Of a DNA stretch of 64,000 nucleotides, positions 59,541 to 64,000 are shown in pieces. The notes below the pieces were generated by a model. The model did no database searches and had not been told where the DNA came from. It worked only from the letters and a program-made list of their open reading frames with translations. Both the position numbers and the translations under genes were made by a program. The DNA is taken from the NCBI RefSeq assembly GCF_009914755.1, contig NC_060939.1, one strand, 5' to 3'. Source of the DNA: the human T2T-CHM13v2.0 reference genome, Homo sapiens. Every line of letters begins with the position of its first letter. Positions within the stretch are counted from its first letter, which is position 1.

Positions 59541-60365
59541 GATACATCTTAAAAGAACTAGAAAAGCAAGAATAAACCAGACCCAAAATAAGTATAGAAG
59601 AAAGGAAAGAATAAAGATAAGAGCAAAAATTAATGAAATTGAAATGAAAAAATACAAAATATGAACAAAACGAAAAGTTCGTTTTTTAAAAAAGATAAAC
59701 CAAACCAGTAACCTTTAGCCACACTAAAAAAAAACAAAAAACCCTAAATAAATAAAATCAAGATGAAAACGGGGACATTTTCATTGATACTGTAGAAATT
59801 CTAAGGATCATTAGAGGCTAGTATGAGCAACTATAGACCAATAAATTAGAAAATCTAGAATAAATGGATACTTTCCTAGATACATACAACCTAGCAAGAA
59901 TGAACCACAAAGAAATCCAAAACCTGAAAAGACCAATAAGTAGTGAGACGGAAACAATTTTCCCAGGAAAAGCCGGGTGCAGTGGCTCACGCGTGTAATC
60001 CCAGCACTTTGGGAAGCCGAGGCGGGCGGATCACGAGGTCAGGAGATGGAGACCATCCTGACTAACACGGTCAAACCCCGTCTCTACTAAAAAAAATACA
60101 AAAAAAAAAAATTAGCTGGGCATGGTGGCGGGTGCCTCTAGTCCCAGCTACTCAGGAGGCTGAGGTAGGAGAATGGCGTGAACCTGAGGGGCGGAGCCTG
60201 CAAGTGAGTCGAGATCAGGCCACTGCACTCCAGCCTGGGCGACAGAGCGAGACGCCCTCTCAAAAAATAAAAAAAAGTTTCCCGGGAAAGAAAAGCCCAA
60301 GACCCGACGGCTTTACTCCTGAATTTTACCAAATATTTTTAAAAGTAGCACAAAATGCAGCAGCA

Positions 60366-60586
60366 GGATTCTCCTGCCCCAGCCTCCTAAGTAGCTGGGG
60401 CTACAGGTATGCACCACCACGCCTGACTAATTTAAAACTGTTTTTGTAGAGACAAGATCTCACTATGTTGCCCAGGCTGGTCTCAAACTCCTAGGTAAAA
60501 TGATCCTCCCACCTCTGCCTCCCAAAGTGTTAAAATTGCAGGCATAAGCCATTGCCCCCGCCTGAAAAAATTTATATGTATATATA

Positions 60587-60660
<74 letters not shown>

Positions 60661-60958
60661 GTTTTTGTGTTTTTTTTGAGACAGAGTCTCGCTGTGTCAC
60701 CCAGGCTGGAGTGCAGTGGCACGATATTGGCTCACTGCACCCTCTGCCTCCAGGTTCAAGTGATTCTCATGCCTCAGCCTCCTGAGTAGCTGGGATTACA
60801 GGCATATGCCACTACACCCGGCTGATTTTTGTATTTTTAGCAGAGACATGGTTTCACCATGTTGGTTAGGCTGGTCTTGAACTCCTGACCTCAAGTGATC
60901 CACCCACCTCAGCCCCCCAAAGTGCCGGGATTACAGGTGTGAACAACCATGCCTGGCC
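60366..60958 (-). mobile_element. Partial Alu (60366-60562), (TA)n microsatellite (60570-60660) and AluS (60661-60958)
   Basis: Antisense Alu motifs separated by a TA-rich simple repeat. Confidence 0.88.
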
Positions 60959-61492
60959 AAAAATAATTTTTTTAAAAAGATTTTGTTCTGATTCTGATGG
61001 GAAATGGACTCTTTTCTAAAGTTACTAGCAGTTCTTTAACTGGTTAGCTCTATGTTAGGCATAGGTATTACTTTTTAGGGTGGCAGGTATGTGAAAAAAG
61101 AAGGGAGGTGGACAAAACCAAGACAGCAGAAGTAACTATTTGAGGGATTTCAAAACCTTTGACTGACACTCACTTCCTGGGACAGTCTTGATTTTGCTAC
61201 TCTTTCCTCATCTGTTTCTTTTCAAGCCTTGCTCCCTACACACTTACCCTAGTTCTAACCCTTCCTGCTGATGGGCACCCCATTCACAAGGCAACAGATA
61301 CCAGATGTGAGGAATGGAAAGAAAAACATTCTTACTTGATTGTTCTTAGGAGTTATACAGTCAGGCTCTTGGTTGGAGGGCTCTGATGTGAAAGCTTGGC
61401 TTCAAGTCCACTGAGAAAGTAGTATGATTGAAGTGGTGAACTGGAGATGGGGTGGGGGTGGCCTACCACGAGGACTAATTTGTTCTTTACGT

Positions 61493-61793
61493 GTTTTTGT
61501 TTTTTTATTTTTTTAGACAAAGTCTCACTCTGTCGCCCAGGCTGGAGTGCAGTAGCGCAATCTTGGCTCACTGCAAGCTCCGTCTCCGAGGTTCATGCCA
61601 TTCTCCTGCCTCAGCCTCCTGAGTAACTAGGACTACAGGCACCTGCCACCACACCTGGCTAATTGTTTGTATTTTTAGTAGAGACGGGGTTTCACACTGT
61701 TAGCTAGGATGGTCTCGATCCGCTAACCTCATGATCCACCCGCCTGGCCTCCCAAAGTGCTGGGATTACAGGTGTGAGCCACTGTGCGTGGCC
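61493..61793 (-). mobile_element. AluY
   Basis: Antisense full-length Alu. Confidence 0.9.
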
Positions 61794-61913
61794 TGTTCTT
61801 TATCTAATGGTTTGCAAGGGTGGAAATACCTCTGGGGAAATGTGATGGATTCTCCTAGGAAACTGACTTCACCAAATAATTCTTTTGAAACTGTTCAGAA
61901 ACGAGACAAATGA

Positions 61914-62314
<401 letters not shown>

Positions 62315-62936
62315 TTTCAAAGCTGTTCGAGGGCATTTATCAGGCTTTTAACTCTAGGTACTCTTTCCCACAGTGTGAAGGCCAAGAGAAGGGATCCTGG
62401 GCTCTCTTCCCTGGCCCCAGGATGGGAATTCAGGGGGAAAAGGTCACCTATTCTCCTATTCTTATCCCACAAAAGAAAACTTATGCATCAGTTGTCAAGC
62501 TAAGGAGCTTCAGAGTCCACAAATAGGGAAATTGCTAAGAGCTTATCAGTAGTGTCCACTACCCATCCCCACCTGGGGTCACGTGGAGAATGATGGTGGG
62601 GGCGACGATCTTGTCCTACTTCAGGTGAAAAGCAGGGGTGTGGGGGGGTTTCATTGTGAAGGGCTCCTTTGTTAAAATTCCTTCCAATTCCAGGAAAAAC
62701 ATGCACTCGAAAGCCATTATCTCTTTTACTTCTTACTAGGGAACTTCCAGGAAAGAGACGGGGGGGGCGGGTGGGGAAGAAGAGGGCAAAACAGCTGCAG
62801 TGAATGTAGTCACCTCTCCGATTGCTTTTCTTGTTGCAGAATATTTCACATGCCAGGATTTTCCTTCTTGTCCTCCGGACTGTTGATACACCCAACATCT
62901 TAATACGCTTTCAATCACAAGTTAAAGACATCCAGA

Positions 62937-64000
62937 GCCAGATTGCTTGAGCCTAGGCGTTCCAGACCGGCCTGGACAACATGGTGAAACCCAGTCATAT
63001 ATATTTTTTTTTAGGGGGAAATTTGCTCTTGCTGTCCAGGCTGGAGTGCAGTGGCGAGGTCTCAGCTTGCCAGACCTCCGTCTCCGGGGTTTGGGTGGTT
63101 CTCCTGCCAAAGCCTCCCGAGTGGCTGGGATTGCGGTGTGAGCCACCATGCCCGACTAATTCCTTAACTGTGCAACTACAAGGTCACTAAACAAATAAAC
63201 TCAAGTCACAAAACATATTTTTCCTTAAATAGTAAAAAATAATATAATGCATGTTTCAATTAAATAACAATCTTTGTTTCTCGCTTCTATAATATGCTTC
63301 TCCCTGCACAGATCTCCCCCTTCGCCCCACATAATGCTTGAAAGGTAACTCTTGGTTCAGTGCTCAATCCTTTAAATGTTAATCCGACTGGGCCGGTGCA
63401 CCTAAATAATTAATAAATGTCCTCCTAAACCCCATGAGTCTATCTAATTCCTTAAAAATCCCTCTACAGGACTGCAGGTGTGAGCCACTGCACCCCGCCT
63501 AATTTATTAATCAGAGAGGAATAGATCGGCCTGGCGTGGTGGCTCACGCTTGTGATCCAGGGACTTTGGATGATGGAGCACTGGGGATCACTTGAGCCTA
63601 GGAGATCCAGACTGGCCTGGGCAACATGGTGGAACTCGGTCTCTCTCTTTTTTTTGTTTTTTTGGAGGCAGAGTTTTGCTCTTGTTGCCCAGGCTGGAGT
63701 GCAGTGGTGCAGTCTCGGCTCCCTGCCACCTCCACCTCTTGGGTTTGGGTGGTTCTCCTGCCTCAGCCTCCCTAGTGGCTGAGATTGCAGGTGTGAGCCA
63801 CCATGCCCGGCTAATTTTTTTTTTTTTGGTACACACAGGGTTTCTCCCTGTTGGTCAGGCTGGTCTCAAACTCAGGACCTCAGGTTATCCGCCTGCCTTG
63901 GCTTCCGGGGATGCTGGGATTGCAGGCGTGAGCCAGCGCGCAAGGCCCAATTGATTAATCAGAAAAGAATAGATCAGCCTGGCGTGGTGGTTCACGCTTG
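62937..64000. repeat. Tandem array of a ~448-bp unit (spacer + sense Alu left monomer + antisense Alu) with A>G-rich divergence; continues beyond window end
   Basis: attaatcaga.a.gaatagatc.gcctggcgtggtgg recurs with atagatc at 63521 and 63969. A partial third unit at 62937-63160 shares the unusual gggtttgggtggttctcc variant. Confidence 0.85.
63162..63468 (+). mobile_element. ERV LTR 3' portion (LTR3/ERVK-like) inside the Alu array
   Basis: gttaatccgactgggccggtgcacctaaataat..aataaa..ttccttaaaaatccctctaca with terminal CA; family assignment from memory. Confidence 0.6.

Larger units (their letters stand above)
55575..60345 (+). mobile_element. L1 ORF2 fragment (55575-55755, 59551-59970, 60278-60345) hosting the ABCB10 retrocopy and an AluY (59971-60277)
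   Basis: acaacataccaaaacctatgggatacagcaaaa..aacctgatgatacatctt resumes seamlessly as aaaagaactagaaaagcaagaataaacc after the insert. Confidence 0.88.

Noticed and set aside
58791-59657. ORFs fusing antisense L1 sequence to the ABCB10 N-terminus
   Set aside because: Chance read-through across the insertion junction; they frameshift out of ABCB10 before the transmembrane domain.

Overview
Human (or great-ape) non-coding DNA that looks like a pericentromeric-type segmental-duplication mosaic; I cannot place the exact locus from sequence alone. There is no intact protein-coding gene, and nearly all ORFs in the supplied track are Alu, L1, LTR or GC-rich artefacts. Main contents: (1) the centre of a large near-perfect palindrome, in which 1-3253 is the reverse complement of 15841-19091 around a 12,587-bp spacer and the arms run out of the window; (2) in the spacer, a 5'-truncated, intron-retaining ABHD17A pseudogene on the minus strand; (3) an isolated GPC5 exon with both splice sites intact (24070-24190, minus), missed by the ORF track; (4) a processed ABCB10 pseudogene (55756-59540, minus) inserted into an L1 with a 10-bp target-site duplication (TSD); (5) a 1.3-kb Alu-bounded local duplication with swapped TSDs and a chimeric Alu; (6) a 31-bp AT-rich VNTR; (7) a perfect 27-bp hairpin inside a template-switch patchwork; (8) at the right end, a ~448-bp tandem unit of inverted Alus with strand-specific A>G changes resembling a genomic copy of an ADAR-hyperedited RNA. 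I see no evidence for a new multi-gene system. Repeat subfamily names and parent-gene comparisons come from recalled consensus/protein sequences, not from searches.
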